DNA of 64,000 nucleotides from a bacterium (GTDB lineage: Bacteria > SAR324 > NAC60-12), in contig CBDBHR010000029.1 in NCBI GenBank assembly GCA_965205865.1, positions 192,001 to 256,000 on the forward strand. The letters are read 5' to 3'. Position numbers and translations under genes: made by a program. Positions 30,090 to 39,275 of this stretch are shown here, one piece after another (position 1 is the first letter of the stretch; each line of letters opens with the position of its first letter). Below the pieces are notes generated by a model. The model did no database searches and had not been told where the DNA came from. It saw only the letters and a program-made list of their open reading frames with translations.

Positions 30090-30977
30090 ATGGAACCTTT
30101 AAAAAAAATGTATGAAGAAAAGGGCTATGTGGTTTGTGAGAATCTTTTGCGCGTCCAGGTGATAGAAGAAGTGCGGGCCGTCATTGACGAACTGTTGGAA
30201 AAGGGCAGCGCATTACAAGAAACCGACGACGTCTATGAGATTTTGGAGGATCTCGCAACGGGTATGCCCCGCATCGAACGCATCAAGGGAGCTCACAAAA
30301 TCCATCCGCTTTTCAGTCAACTGATCCGACGTCCCGAAATCACGGAAGTACTGCGCACTTTGTTGGGACCGAATGTACGTTTTCAAAACTGTAAGCTCAA
30401 CCTCAAATCTAAAGAAGGCGGCGCTCCTGTCGAATGGCATCAGGATTGGGCGTTTTACCCGCATACCAACGATGACGTATTAGCGGTGGGGATCATGATC
30501 GACGATATGACTGAGGACAACGGTGCGGTTCAGTTTGCTGCAGGATCGCACCGGGGACCCGTTTACGATCATATGTCCAACGGCGTATTCTGTGGCGCTG
30601 TCGGCGAGACGGTGGCAAAACAAAGCGCGGCCAAAGCGGATCAGGTGACTGGTGATGCCGGCACGGTTACTTTTCACCACGCCCGCCTGTTGCATGCCTC
30701 TCACGCCAATCGTACGGAACTTCCTCGCCGTTTTCTCATTTATGAAGTAACGGCGGCCGATGCCTGGCCCCTCAATGGTACGTCGACATCCTTTGAAAGC
30801 TGGCAAAATATGCAAGAGCGGATGATCATCGGGGTGCAGACGAACATGGCCCGTTTAACCGAGGTGCCGGTGCGCATTCCTCAACCGACCCAAGCAAATG
30901 CAACTTCGATATTCGAGATACAACGGCAAGGCGACAACAAACTCTATATGAGGACAGCGGTGTCAGAGAAGCAGTGA
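30090..30977 (+). CDS. Phytanoyl-CoA dioxygenase (PhyH) family Fe(II)/2-oxoglutarate dioxygenase
   Basis: WHQDWAFYPHTN (HxD), NG..F..GSH, HHARLLHAS..N...RR. Confidence 0.92.
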   Translation: MEPLKKMYEEKGYVVCENLLRVQVIEEVRAVIDELLEKGSALQETDDVYEILEDLATGMPRIERIKGAHKIHPLFSQLIRRPEITEVLRTLLGPNVRFQNCKLNLKSKEGGAPVEWHQDWAFYPHTNDDVLAVGIMIDDMTEDNGAVQFAAGSHRGPVYDHMSNGVFCGAVGETVAKQSAAKADQVTGDAGTVTFHHARLLHASHANRTELPRRFLIYEVTAADAWPLNGTSTSFESWQNMQERMIIGVQTNMARLTEVPVRIPQPTQANATSIFEIQRQGDNKLYMRTAVSEKQ

Positions 30978-31005
30978 GTTTGGTTACTTCTCCAATTTTC
31001 ATCTG

Positions 31006-31326
31006 CTATTGGATAACGGACTTTGGGGTAGCTTCCAGTCGGGTGACTTCGATTGCATCGCGGTCGATCATTTCAGAAACTCGAGGGGCGATTTCATTTT
31101 TCCAATAATCACTTTCGTAAACGGCTTCATACAATCGCTTGCGTTCTTCTTCGCTCTCGAATCGTCGAATCCAGACGTAAAGGCATTTATCTTCTCGAGC
31201 GAGAAAACTTCCCAAAATAACCATTCCTTTCGAGACCTGGAAGGGGATGATTTCCTCTTCCATACATTTTACCCAATTATCCTGCTGCCCCGCTTTCAGG
31301 CGGTACTGGCGTAGTTCAAAAAACAT
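31006..31326 (-). CDS. NIPSNAP family protein
   Basis: FFELRQY, IIPFQ.SKGMVILGSF, YVWIRRF, L.ATPKS. Confidence 0.88.
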   Translation of the reverse strand: MFFELRQYRLKAGQQDNWVKCMEEEIIPFQVSKGMVILGSFLAREDKCLYVWIRRFESEEERKRLYEAVYESDYWKNEIAPRVSEMIDRDAIEVTRLEATPKSVIQ

Positions 31327-31411
31327 ATTGGCTCCCTTTCATAAATTCATCAACAATAGCTTTGCAAAAAAGTGATCGGTTTGGCAGACGCATTTACTAC
31401 TAAATTCCTTG

Positions 31412-32533
31412 CTACTCGGCAGTCACCGTATGCTCCCTTTTGACGAGATCCCAGTCGATTTCAAAGCCCAGACCGGGCATGGTGGGCGCATAAACCAGGC
31501 CTTTATCGTCTACTTCAATGTCCGACACCAAACCATATTTATTAGCCCCGGTGCAGGGAAAGACTTCGTAGAATTCACAATTGGGCACCGCCATCGTGAC
31601 GTGTAAATTGGCCACGTTATTCAGTGAGTTTCCACCATGGTGAATCTCGCATTTCATCTGAAATCCTTCTGCCAGGTGACAAAGGCGGAGCAAAGGGGTG
31701 ATGCCCCCCGTGACCGCCACGTCTCCGCGCAGCATATCCGTCGCATTCCGGGTGATCCAGGAGGCCATGCCGTATAACCGTCCGGGCGCGAATTCGGTGC
31801 AGATGAGGGGGATGTCCAGTTTGTTGTTGAGCTTGACATAGTTGTAGATATCTTCTTCCACCATGGGATCTTCGTACCAATAATAGTTGAGAGCTTCAAT
31901 GGCTCGTCCCACCCGCAGAGCATCCTCATACGAATAAGCCCACATCGAGTCCAGCATCAGCTTCATCTCGTCACCCACGGCCTCTCGTACGGCCTGGCAA
32001 ATCTCGACGTCTGTCTTCGGGTCACCGTGGGGGTGGATCTTATGAGCAGTCCAACCCAACTCTTTGAAATGGATAGCCTCATCCGCATAAGCTTCTTTGC
32101 TTTCATGATACGCGGTACTGGAATAAGCCGGCACCTCATCCTTGCAGGTGCCGATCAGCCGGTGAATGGGCATCCCGGCAAGCTTTCCGTTGATGTCCCA
32201 TAAACAGATGTCGATAGCTCCAATGATGTGGGTTGAAACCTGGCGACTGCGTTTCCACATTTCCCCCCAGATTTTTCCGATGTCCTGGGGATCGCGTCCC
32301 ATGATTCGGGGTTTGATTAACTCGAGCAAACCTGGAACAAAATGATCCGCACCCATTTGTGAGTTTCCCAGAAAAGCATTACCACTGATCCCTTCATCGG
32401 TTTCAACCGTTACAATTCCAAGTTGTTTGGTTTGACCAAAAGAACTGCCTATGGGGGTTTTTTCCGGCTGCCCCACTCTCCACGGATCCGAATTCCAATT
32501 GAAGAGTTCCACTGTGACATTGGTGATTTTCAT
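31412..32533 (-). CDS. Mandelate racemase/muconate lactonizing enzyme (enolase superfamily)
   Basis: IDICLWDI.GK, KIH, LMLD, WYEDP, CTE, HH, PGLGFEID. Confidence 0.9.
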   Translation of the reverse strand: MKITNVTVELFNWNSDPWRVGQPEKTPIGSSFGQTKQLGIVTVETDEGISGNAFLGNSQMGADHFVPGLLELIKPRIMGRDPQDIGKIWGEMWKRSRQVSTHIIGAIDICLWDINGKLAGMPIHRLIGTCKDEVPAYSSTAYHESKEAYADEAIHFKELGWTAHKIHPHGDPKTDVEICQAVREAVGDEMKLMLDSMWAYSYEDALRVGRAIEALNYYWYEDPMVEEDIYNYVKLNNKLDIPLICTEFAPGRLYGMASWITRNATDMLRGDVAVTGGITPLLRLCHLAEGFQMKCEIHHGGNSLNNVANLHVTMAVPNCEFYEVFPCTGANKYGLVSDIEVDDKGLVYAPTMPGLGFEIDWDLVKREHTVTAE

Positions 32534-32585
32534 AAAACGCACTCCTTTTTAAGACTAAAAGAAAAATTTTAATCAGTACAAATAT

Positions 32586-32831
32586 TTAAATATGAATCCA
32601 GGCACTCACTACAGCCAAGTTCCCTTTTTGGTGATCATGACAAGGTCGAATGACGATTTCAATGTCCCTTTCTAATTGTCGCGCATAACTCATCAATCGA
32701 TCTGAGGTAAAGCGATCAAACTGACCCCGCTTTTGTTCCTGATAGAGAGCTTGTCCTATCTCTTTCTTCACCTCTTGGGGGAATCCCGATAGAATTTCCT
32801 TGGTGTCTGCCAGTCAGTTGATAAATTTCAT
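32586..32831 (-). pseudogene. Collapsed HigB/HigA (RelE-Gp49 toxin / XRE antitoxin) operon
   Basis: MKFIN*LADTKEILSGFPQEVKKEIGQALYQEQK (toxin N-terminus, TGA at the Trp position) fused in frame to RGQFDRFTSDRLMSYARQLERDIEIVIRP (antitoxin C-terminus). Confidence 0.7.
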
Positions 32832-32967
32832 AAAATCAGCTTACAAATTTGAAACATCTTGGTCAACATTAATCTTTTGAATTGCTCATAACGAAAGAGT
32901 TAAGACAGACTGAGTTTCGTCCCCAACCTACCAATTGGAATGGGTCGAGGGAATTCAGAGTTGCAGG

Positions 32968-33102
32968 GGGCCTAGCGCTCCCTGGTATCAGGTCGCCCAA
33001 CCCTATGTCCTTGGATTCAACGGCGAAGTCACCATGGGAGGGATGAACTATGGCCCGTATACCTGGGCCCGTCTCTGGATTGACGAGGACATGAAGAAAT
33101 AA
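32968..33102 (+). pseudogene. 3' fragment of a family 5 ABC substrate-binding protein gene
   Basis: GPSAPWYQVAQPYVLGFNGEVTMGGMNYGPYTWARLWIDEDMKK*, ending 15 bp before dppB; no 5' part present. Confidence 0.65.
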
Positions 33103-33117
33103 ATGGGTAATTAGGGT

Positions 33118-34074
33118 ATGAAAGCCTATATCATCCGGCGGATCTTGCTCATCATCCCCACCCTGTTTATTTTGTCCCTCTTGGTCTTTTTCTCGGTGCG
33201 CTTCATCCCAGGCAATGTCATCGACGCCCTTGTGGGTCGGTTGGGACAACAGGCGGGCGTTGTCAACCGGGAAGTGATCTTGAAAAGGCTGGGATTGGAC
33301 CAACCGGTATACGTGCAGTATGGACGCTGGATTAGAGGCCTTTTGCTGCAGGGCACCCTGGGTAAATCCCTGCTGGGTGATCGCACCGTTGAGGCAAAGA
33401 TCGAGGGCCGCTTATCCGTCACCATTCAATTGGGGATCATGTCGATCTTCATCGGGTTGCTGATCGCCCTGCCCGTCGGCATCTACTCGGCGATACGCCA
33501 GGATACCGCCTCGGATTATGCGGGGCGCTCCCTGGCCATCATCGGCCTCTCCACCCCGGATTTCTGGCTGGGAACGATGGTGATGGTTTTCCCGGCCATT
33601 TGGTGGAACTGGTCGCCCTCGATGGAACTGATTCGATTCTCCGAAGACCCCCTGGGGAATCTGCAGATGTTCCTCATTCCCAGCCTGATTGTGGGAACCT
33701 ACCTTGCGGCAACCACCATGCGGATGACCCGCGCTATGATGCTGGAGGTGTTGCGGCAGGACTATGTCCGCACAGCCTGGTCCAAGGGGCTCAGGGAGCG
33801 GCTCGTGGTGATGAGACACGCGGTCAAGAATGCCCTCATCCCGGTCGTGACCTTGATCGGCATGCAGTTGCCGATCATGATCGGGGGTTCCGTGATCATG
33901 GAGAATATCTTTAACCTGCCCGGATTAGGGCAACTGATGTGGTTGGCCCTGCAAGACCGTGATTACCCGGTGGTCTCCGGCGTCAACCTGATTTTCGCCA
34001 CCATGGTGGTGCTGGCCAATCTCCTGATTGACCTGATTTATCCCTATTTGGATCCGCGGGTTCGATATAAATAA
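33118..34074 (+). CDS. dppB: Peptide/nickel ABC transporter permease DppB-like
   Basis: YIIRRIL, LGLDQP.YVQY, RMTR..MLEVL.QDYVRTA..KGL, ENIFNLPGLG, DPRVRY. Confidence 0.92.
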   Translation: MKAYIIRRILLIIPTLFILSLLVFFSVRFIPGNVIDALVGRLGQQAGVVNREVILKRLGLDQPVYVQYGRWIRGLLLQGTLGKSLLGDRTVEAKIEGRLSVTIQLGIMSIFIGLLIALPVGIYSAIRQDTASDYAGRSLAIIGLSTPDFWLGTMVMVFPAIWWNWSPSMELIRFSEDPLGNLQMFLIPSLIVGTYLAATTMRMTRAMMLEVLRQDYVRTAWSKGLRERLVVMRHAVKNALIPVVTLIGMQLPIMIGGSVIMENIFNLPGLGQLMWLALQDRDYPVVSGVNLIFATMVVLANLLIDLIYPYLDPRVRYK

Positions 34075-34088
34075 TCACTGTCGCAATA

Positions 34089-34175
34089 ACGGTAGGGCCG
34101 GGTAACGTCCCGGCCCTACCGTACAAAATGACAATAATTGAACTTTTTTAGTCGGGGCGTTACCCGGTCCTATCG
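34089..34175. repeat. GTAG-type REP doublet (inverted pair)
   Basis: ACGGTAGGGCCGGG-taacgt-CCCGGCCCTACCGT hairpin plus a degenerate inverted copy at about 34150-34175. Confidence 0.65.
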
Positions 34176-34195
34176 GATAAGAGGAATGAACGAAT

Positions 34196-35179
34196 ATGAG
34201 CGAAGTGTCGGATAATCCAACCGCAGGCAGAGAACCCAAGCGGCAGTCCAGGCTGGTGGAATTTTTCAGCCGGCTGATCAGGGAGAAACCCCTGGGGGCG
34301 ATATGTGGCATGGTCATCCTGGTTTTGATTGTGGTCACCCTTTTTGCTGATGTGATGGCGCCTTATCCCTTTGCGGAAGTCCACCCGGCCGACCGGCTGA
34401 CGGGGTCCTCAACCAAATATCTCTTAGGGACCGACTATCTGGGACGAGACTTCTTGAGTCGCCTGATTTATGGGGCGCGTATTTCGTTATTGGTTGGTCT
34501 GGCAGCGACTGTCTTCACGGTAGTGGTTGCTACCTTGCTCGGGGGCACGGCAGGCTTTGTAGGCGGCTGGTTCGACACAACCATTCAGCGATTTGTCGAC
34601 GCCTGGATGGCCTTCCCTGGTCTGCTCTTGTTGTTGACCATGATGTCCATCGTGGGGCAGGGTTTGTTACAGATCATTGTGGTCTTGGGGGTGACGTACG
34701 GTATCAGCAATTCCCGCATCATCCGTAGTGCCGTGATCGGCATTAAAGGGAATGACTACTTTCTGGCAGCGAAGGCCGTGGGCACCCCTGTCCCCCAAAT
34801 CCTCCGGCGCCATGTCCTGCCCAATATAATAGCGCCCATCATCATCATCTTCTCGATCAACATCGGCGTCGTCATCATGGCCGAGGCGGCTCTGAGTTTT
34901 CTCGGCTTCGGGCTGCCTATCAAGATCCCGAGTTGGGGCGGAATGCTCAGCCGGGAAGGACGCAAGTACATGGAAATTGCCACCTGGCTGGCCATCTGGC
35001 CAGGGGTTTTCCTGACGATTGTCGTTTACAGTCTCAACATGTTCGGCGATGCCATGCGGGACCTGCTCGACCCCCGACTGCGAGGTGGTCAGGGAACTTA
35101 CGGCACTGCAACCCTGAAACGCAAAAAAGGCATCCTGGCCGGATTATTCCTTCCTTCCAGAATCAGGACCAAGGATTGA
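34196..35179 (+). CDS. dppC: Peptide/nickel ABC transporter permease DppC-like
   Basis: LLGTDYLGRD.LSRLIYGARISL, RHVLPN, EAALSFLG.G, SWG.ML, NMFGD.MRDLLDPR. Confidence 0.92.
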   Translation: MSEVSDNPTAGREPKRQSRLVEFFSRLIREKPLGAICGMVILVLIVVTLFADVMAPYPFAEVHPADRLTGSSTKYLLGTDYLGRDFLSRLIYGARISLLVGLAATVFTVVVATLLGGTAGFVGGWFDTTIQRFVDAWMAFPGLLLLLTMMSIVGQGLLQIIVVLGVTYGISNSRIIRSAVIGIKGNDYFLAAKAVGTPVPQILRRHVLPNIIAPIIIIFSINIGVVIMAEAALSFLGFGLPIKIPSWGGMLSREGRKYMEIATWLAIWPGVFLTIVVYSLNMFGDAMRDLLDPRLRGGQGTYGTATLKRKKGILAGLFLPSRIRTKD

Positions 35180-35216
35180 GAATCCACCTTGGCGCTGTCT
35201 GCCGCTGAGTTGGAAA

Positions 35217-35278
35217 GAGGGTCAGGCCTTTGATTATAATGATTAAATTGAAAAGGGTTCAAAAGGGTCTGACCCCTC
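35217..35278. repeat. GGGTCAG...CTGACCC-type imperfect palindrome (REP/MITE-like)
   Basis: GAGGGTCAGGCCTTTGA ... TCAAAAGGGTCTGACCCCTC arms around an AT-rich spacer. Confidence 0.55.
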
Positions 35279-35338
35279 GGGGTCAATCAAGACGGATTTT
35301 ATTCTTTGAAAAATCGATTGAGAGTTTTTCCTCTATTT

Positions 35339-35440
35339 CTTTCATCTTGCGTAACTATTCAGGTTTCTTTAGAGACCTCTTCGATTCAAGCGCGGATTTT
35401 GCGCAGCATAAAATCCGGAAAGGATTTTATGCTCTCGAAA
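35339..35440 (+). repeat. Dispersed ~100-bp repeat; diverged homologue of 46507-46607 and 48970-49035
   Basis: Shared CGTA.CTATTC.GGTTTCTT...CTTCGATT...AGCATAAAAT.C.GAAAGGATTTTATGCTCTCGAAA with an internal hairpin. Confidence 0.75.
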
Positions 35441-35676
35441 TTTCAATAATATATTGATTGTTTTAAGATTTTTCAGGGAAAGTGCCAGGTTTGGGGAGCG
35501 AGAGCAAGGTATCAATGAGAATATCACGACAAAGCTAGCGACATATCAATCGTTTTGCTACAAAACAAGAAGAAAATCGTAATCCTTATTTGTTCGATTC
35601 TCCGGCTTGGCTTCTGATTGTTTCAAACAGGCGCGCGCGCAAGGTTGATGAGAGAGAAACAATAGCAGCATTTGAA

Positions 35677-36786
35677 TTAAATGGAAGCCGATTTGCTTTG
35701 CCAAAACAATGCTAACCGATGATTTTGAATGCAACTTTTTCTCGATTCCAAGGATTCCAGTGAGAGAGTCCCCTTTTTCGGGCAAAATACTGATTCTTGC
35801 AGATCATATTGAAACATCCCATAGGTGTCTAATCCCACGGGCGGATCTGAATCGATGGCTGCTGCCAGGTTTGCCAACATGGTCAGTCCCAGGCTACTTT
35901 CATATGAGGAGCTGATGATAGTGGGAATGCGATGGGAATGCGCATCATGAGCTATTTTCATGATTTTTTCAATGCCTCCCATCAACATGGGTTTGACAAT
36001 CAAAGCTTGCAATCCTTTATGCCATTCAAATTGATAATCCGTATGGCGCAATGTCTCATCCAGAGCAAAACCTATTCCCGTCATACGAGTGAATTCTATG
36101 CATTGGTCAAGTCGGGGAACGGGTTCCTCGATATAAAGAACGTCACAATCCGCCACCTGAGTGCCAAAATAGACTGCTGTTTCTAAATCCCACATGCGAT
36201 TGGCATCCAGCCGTATCTGCTTGTCACCCAGGATTTCGCGAATTTCCTGAACCAATTTGATCTCCTCTTGCACCGCATGTCTTCCCACTTTGATTTTAAC
36301 ACTCTTCAAGTGAGGCAATGAGGCGATTTGAGTAGCTTTGTCCCTTATTTCATCATGCGTCCCTGTGAGGAGCAGAGTCATGTCGAGGGACATCGGACAA
36401 TTGGGACGGAGCAACTGGGCAACCGGACGCTGTTGGATAGCCGAAAGAAGATTCAGCAAAGCCATTTGCAGACCAAACTTGACGGAGGGTATGGTCTCCA
36501 CCCGAGGATCCCAACACTGGTGAGTTTCCTGGAGTTGATTGAGGTCTTCAGGGATCGATTGATTTAAAAGGGATCGGGAATGCAGAATAAGTTGGCGTTC
36601 ACTTTCTGCGAGGGTTTCCTCGCTGAAACCTGGTAAAGGCGCTACTTCCCCATAAGCATGGATGGCCCCGGTACCGGTCAAGCGGACAATCAATCCTTTC
36701 CTCCAATAACACTTTTCCTCCCCAAGAATAAGGGGTCTGAGAAAAGGAAGTTGATATCGAAAAATTTTAATTTCTTGAATGTCCAT
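35677..36786 (-). CDS. menC: o-Succinylbenzoate synthase
   Basis: GEVAPLPGFS.E, KIKVGR, RLDANR.W, YIEEP, ALDETL, KP.L.G, SSSYESSLG, GLDT. Confidence 0.92.
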   Translation of the reverse strand: MDIQEIKIFRYQLPFLRPLILGEEKCYWRKGLIVRLTGTGAIHAYGEVAPLPGFSEETLAESERQLILHSRSLLNQSIPEDLNQLQETHQCWDPRVETIPSVKFGLQMALLNLLSAIQQRPVAQLLRPNCPMSLDMTLLLTGTHDEIRDKATQIASLPHLKSVKIKVGRHAVQEEIKLVQEIREILGDKQIRLDANRMWDLETAVYFGTQVADCDVLYIEEPVPRLDQCIEFTRMTGIGFALDETLRHTDYQFEWHKGLQALIVKPMLMGGIEKIMKIAHDAHSHRIPTIISSSYESSLGLTMLANLAAAIDSDPPVGLDTYGMFQYDLQESVFCPKKGTLSLESLESRKSCIQNHRLALFWQSKSASI

Positions 36787-36875
36787 TGCAAGGATTCCGG
36801 AGATTTGGCCGAAAGCAAATGGTCTTTACCATCTCAACCCTGGAGATGATCCAACTTCTCTCTCTAAGTCCGCAT

Positions 36876-37766
36876 TTAATAATGCCATGGAAACTTAAAA
36901 AATTCGCGTTCACGTTTTTCTAAGAAAGCATCTCTGCCTTCTTGCGCTTCAGCAGTTCCATAAGCCAATCGAGTGGCCTCCCCCGCAAATAATTGTTGTC
37001 CCACCATACCATCATCGACGAGATTGAAAGCATATTTCAACATTCTTTGAGCTGTAGGACTTTTGCTCAAGATGATTTTTGCCCATTCCAATCCCAGGCA
37101 TTCCAAATTTCGATGAGGAACGACTTTATTGACCATTCCCATTTCGAACGCTTCTTGTGCCGAATAATTGAATCCTAAAAAGAAGATTTCTCTGGCCCGT
37201 TTTTGGCCAATCAGCCGGGTGAGGTATGCGGATCCGTATCCCCCATCGAAACTGGCAACGTCGGGGTCCGTTTGCCTGAAAATAGCGTGTTCTTCACTGG
37301 CCAATGTCAAATCGCATACCACATGGAGGCTATGTCCTCCACCCACCGCCCATCCGGGTACCAAGGCAATAACAATTTTTGGCATGAATCGGATCAACCT
37401 CTGTACTTCCAAAATATGCAAGCGACCGAGGTCAGTCTTGTAGGCCTTCCCCGTGTTTTCATATTGGTAACCGTCTTTGCCACGTACTCTTTGATCTCCT
37501 CCGGAACTGAAAGCCCAACCTTGATCTTTGGGAGATGGTCCATTTCCGGTGAGCAGCACCACCCCGACGTCACTGGTTTCTCTGGCATGATTCAAGGCAA
37601 CGTAGAGTTCGTCCACCGTTTGTGGACGAAAGGCATTTCTCACTTCCGGGCGGTCGAAAGCGATTCGTACGGTACCTTGGTCAGTGGCGCGGTGATAAGT
37701 AATATCCTCAAAATCGAATCCCGAGACCACGTCCCATCGATTTGGGTCAAAAATCTCTGAAACCAT
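36876..37766 (-). CDS. menB: 1,4-Dihydroxy-2-naphthoyl-CoA synthase
   Basis: RPEVRNAFRP, SGGDQR.RG, GRLHILEVQRLIR, GGGHSLHVVCDLT, SFDGGYGS, EAQEGRDAF. Confidence 0.96.
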   Translation of the reverse strand: MVSEIFDPNRWDVVSGFDFEDITYHRATDQGTVRIAFDRPEVRNAFRPQTVDELYVALNHARETSDVGVVLLTGNGPSPKDQGWAFSSGGDQRVRGKDGYQYENTGKAYKTDLGRLHILEVQRLIRFMPKIVIALVPGWAVGGGHSLHVVCDLTLASEEHAIFRQTDPDVASFDGGYGSAYLTRLIGQKRAREIFFLGFNYSAQEAFEMGMVNKVVPHRNLECLGLEWAKIILSKSPTAQRMLKYAFNLVDDGMVGQQLFAGEATRLAYGTAEAQEGRDAFLEKREREFFKFPWHY

Positions 37767-37781
37767 AAATCTTCTCACTTG

Positions 37782-39257
37782 TTATGCATTTTGTTGGATC
37801 AATGAAAGTAACGGTTTCATCTTGTTTTGGGTCTCTTCCCACTCCAACCGGGGAACTGAACTTTTAACGATGCCGCTTCCGGCAAAAATATCCAATTGAT
37901 TCCCTTCCAAACAACCACTGCGTAAGACTAAAGCAAAATTGGAATCATCCTTCCCTGTGAAGTAACCCAAACCACCCGTAAAAAAATCTCGTTCAAAAGG
38001 CTCATATTGATGGATTATTTGGCCTCCCCAATCTTTGGGGACACCCCAAATGGTTGGGGGAGGATAGAGATAGCGCAATACGTCGAACGTGCCCACTCCC
38101 TCCTTCAAATAGCCATAAATTTCACTTTTCAAGTGACACGCATACTGGAGACGTAATAAATTTTTTTCGGAAGGTATGATCCATTTTTCATATTCGCAAA
38201 CAAATTTTAAATCCATCAGCATCTGTTCAACAGCCAATTGATGTTCCAGATTTTCTTTGGGATCTTTGAGAAAATTGGAAATCATAGCAGGAGAGGATTC
38301 TATTTTGTTGATTTTAATGGTACCTGCCAATGGTTTGGTGACCAGATGGCGATGCAATTTTTGCAAATGTACCTCGGGAGAAACGCCAAACCAGGCTTTT
38401 CCCGAGTTCCATTGAAAGCAATAATCGTAGACTTGACCATAGCGCCTGGCAAGCCTTGACGAAAGCTGAATCGGGTCTGGAAGAGGAACGGACAGACTTA
38501 TTCTCTTTTTTGTGGAAAGCACTACCTTCGAGGTGCCGGAATTATCCATGGTTGTTAAAATATTGGCGATATTCTTTAAGTATTCAGCTTGATTTGACAT
38601 ATCCTCAATCGAAACTGCATGTATAGGTTGCTGATTGAAAGGATCATCCCATTGGCAAAAGTTAATTTGTTCCATGGAAAACGCAGGAAAGTGAGGATGC
38701 AAGAAGCTTCCTACTTCCATCATTTCACCTTGATTGATTGTCACTTTAGGTAGAGTAAATATGGCGATTTCTTCGTTTTTCGTGAGGGTTTGTGATGCTT
38801 TCCAACCTCCAAAAAAATGAAGGGCCTCTAAATCTTCATTTGCAATGTCAAAATACCTGCCTAAAATTTCTTTTGCTTTTTGGACTACCGAACTCAAGTT
38901 TTCAAAAAGCAAGGGATAGCGCAAAGAGCGGTCAGGGTGTGGAATGCTACGGGTAAAAATGATTGCGTTCTCAATTTTAAACTGGTAATCAATTTGAGTT
39001 TTATTGAACAATACCTTGATTTCAGCGGCAGCGCCAATGGCAGAGAAAGACACCGTATTTGCCTCGATTGGGGAGTGGGGGTCTTTTTGATATTGAAAAA
39101 CACAAAGAAACTCTTCAGACGCCTCAGGCCACAACTCCCTCAATTGTAAAAGCAGACCATAAGGAGAACAGGGTTGAACTCCCGGATAGATTTGCCGGTT
39201 GAACTTGGGCCTGAGATGGGCTTGGAAGGAGAGTTTTGTGGTTGGGGTATCAAGCAA
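37782..39257 (-). CDS. menF: Isochorismate synthase (chorismate-binding family), divergent
   Basis: KVVLS, FGVSPE, PLAGT, KENLEH, FALVLRSG, FAGSGIV, EWEETQNK; men context. Start uncertain; TTG 39257 has an AAGGA RBS. Confidence 0.8.
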   Translation of the reverse strand: MLDTPTTKLSFQAHLRPKFNRQIYPGVQPCSPYGLLLQLRELWPEASEEFLCVFQYQKDPHSPIEANTVSFSAIGAAAEIKVLFNKTQIDYQFKIENAIIFTRSIPHPDRSLRYPLLFENLSSVVQKAKEILGRYFDIANEDLEALHFFGGWKASQTLTKNEEIAIFTLPKVTINQGEMMEVGSFLHPHFPAFSMEQINFCQWDDPFNQQPIHAVSIEDMSNQAEYLKNIANILTTMDNSGTSKVVLSTKKRISLSVPLPDPIQLSSRLARRYGQVYDYCFQWNSGKAWFGVSPEVHLQKLHRHLVTKPLAGTIKINKIESSPAMISNFLKDPKENLEHQLAVEQMLMDLKFVCEYEKWIIPSEKNLLRLQYACHLKSEIYGYLKEGVGTFDVLRYLYPPPTIWGVPKDWGGQIIHQYEPFERDFFTGGLGYFTGKDDSNFALVLRSGCLEGNQLDIFAGSGIVKSSVPRLEWEETQNKMKPLLSLIQQNA

Positions 39258-39275
39258 CTTTATTCCTTGGATTGA

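Noticed and set aside
24459-32816. In-frame TGA at Gly/Trp positions suggesting stop-codon recoding
   Set aside because: Intact genes such as tatB, the acyl-CoA synthetase and nuoH end in TGA, and both cases sit in deletion-damaged pseudogenes
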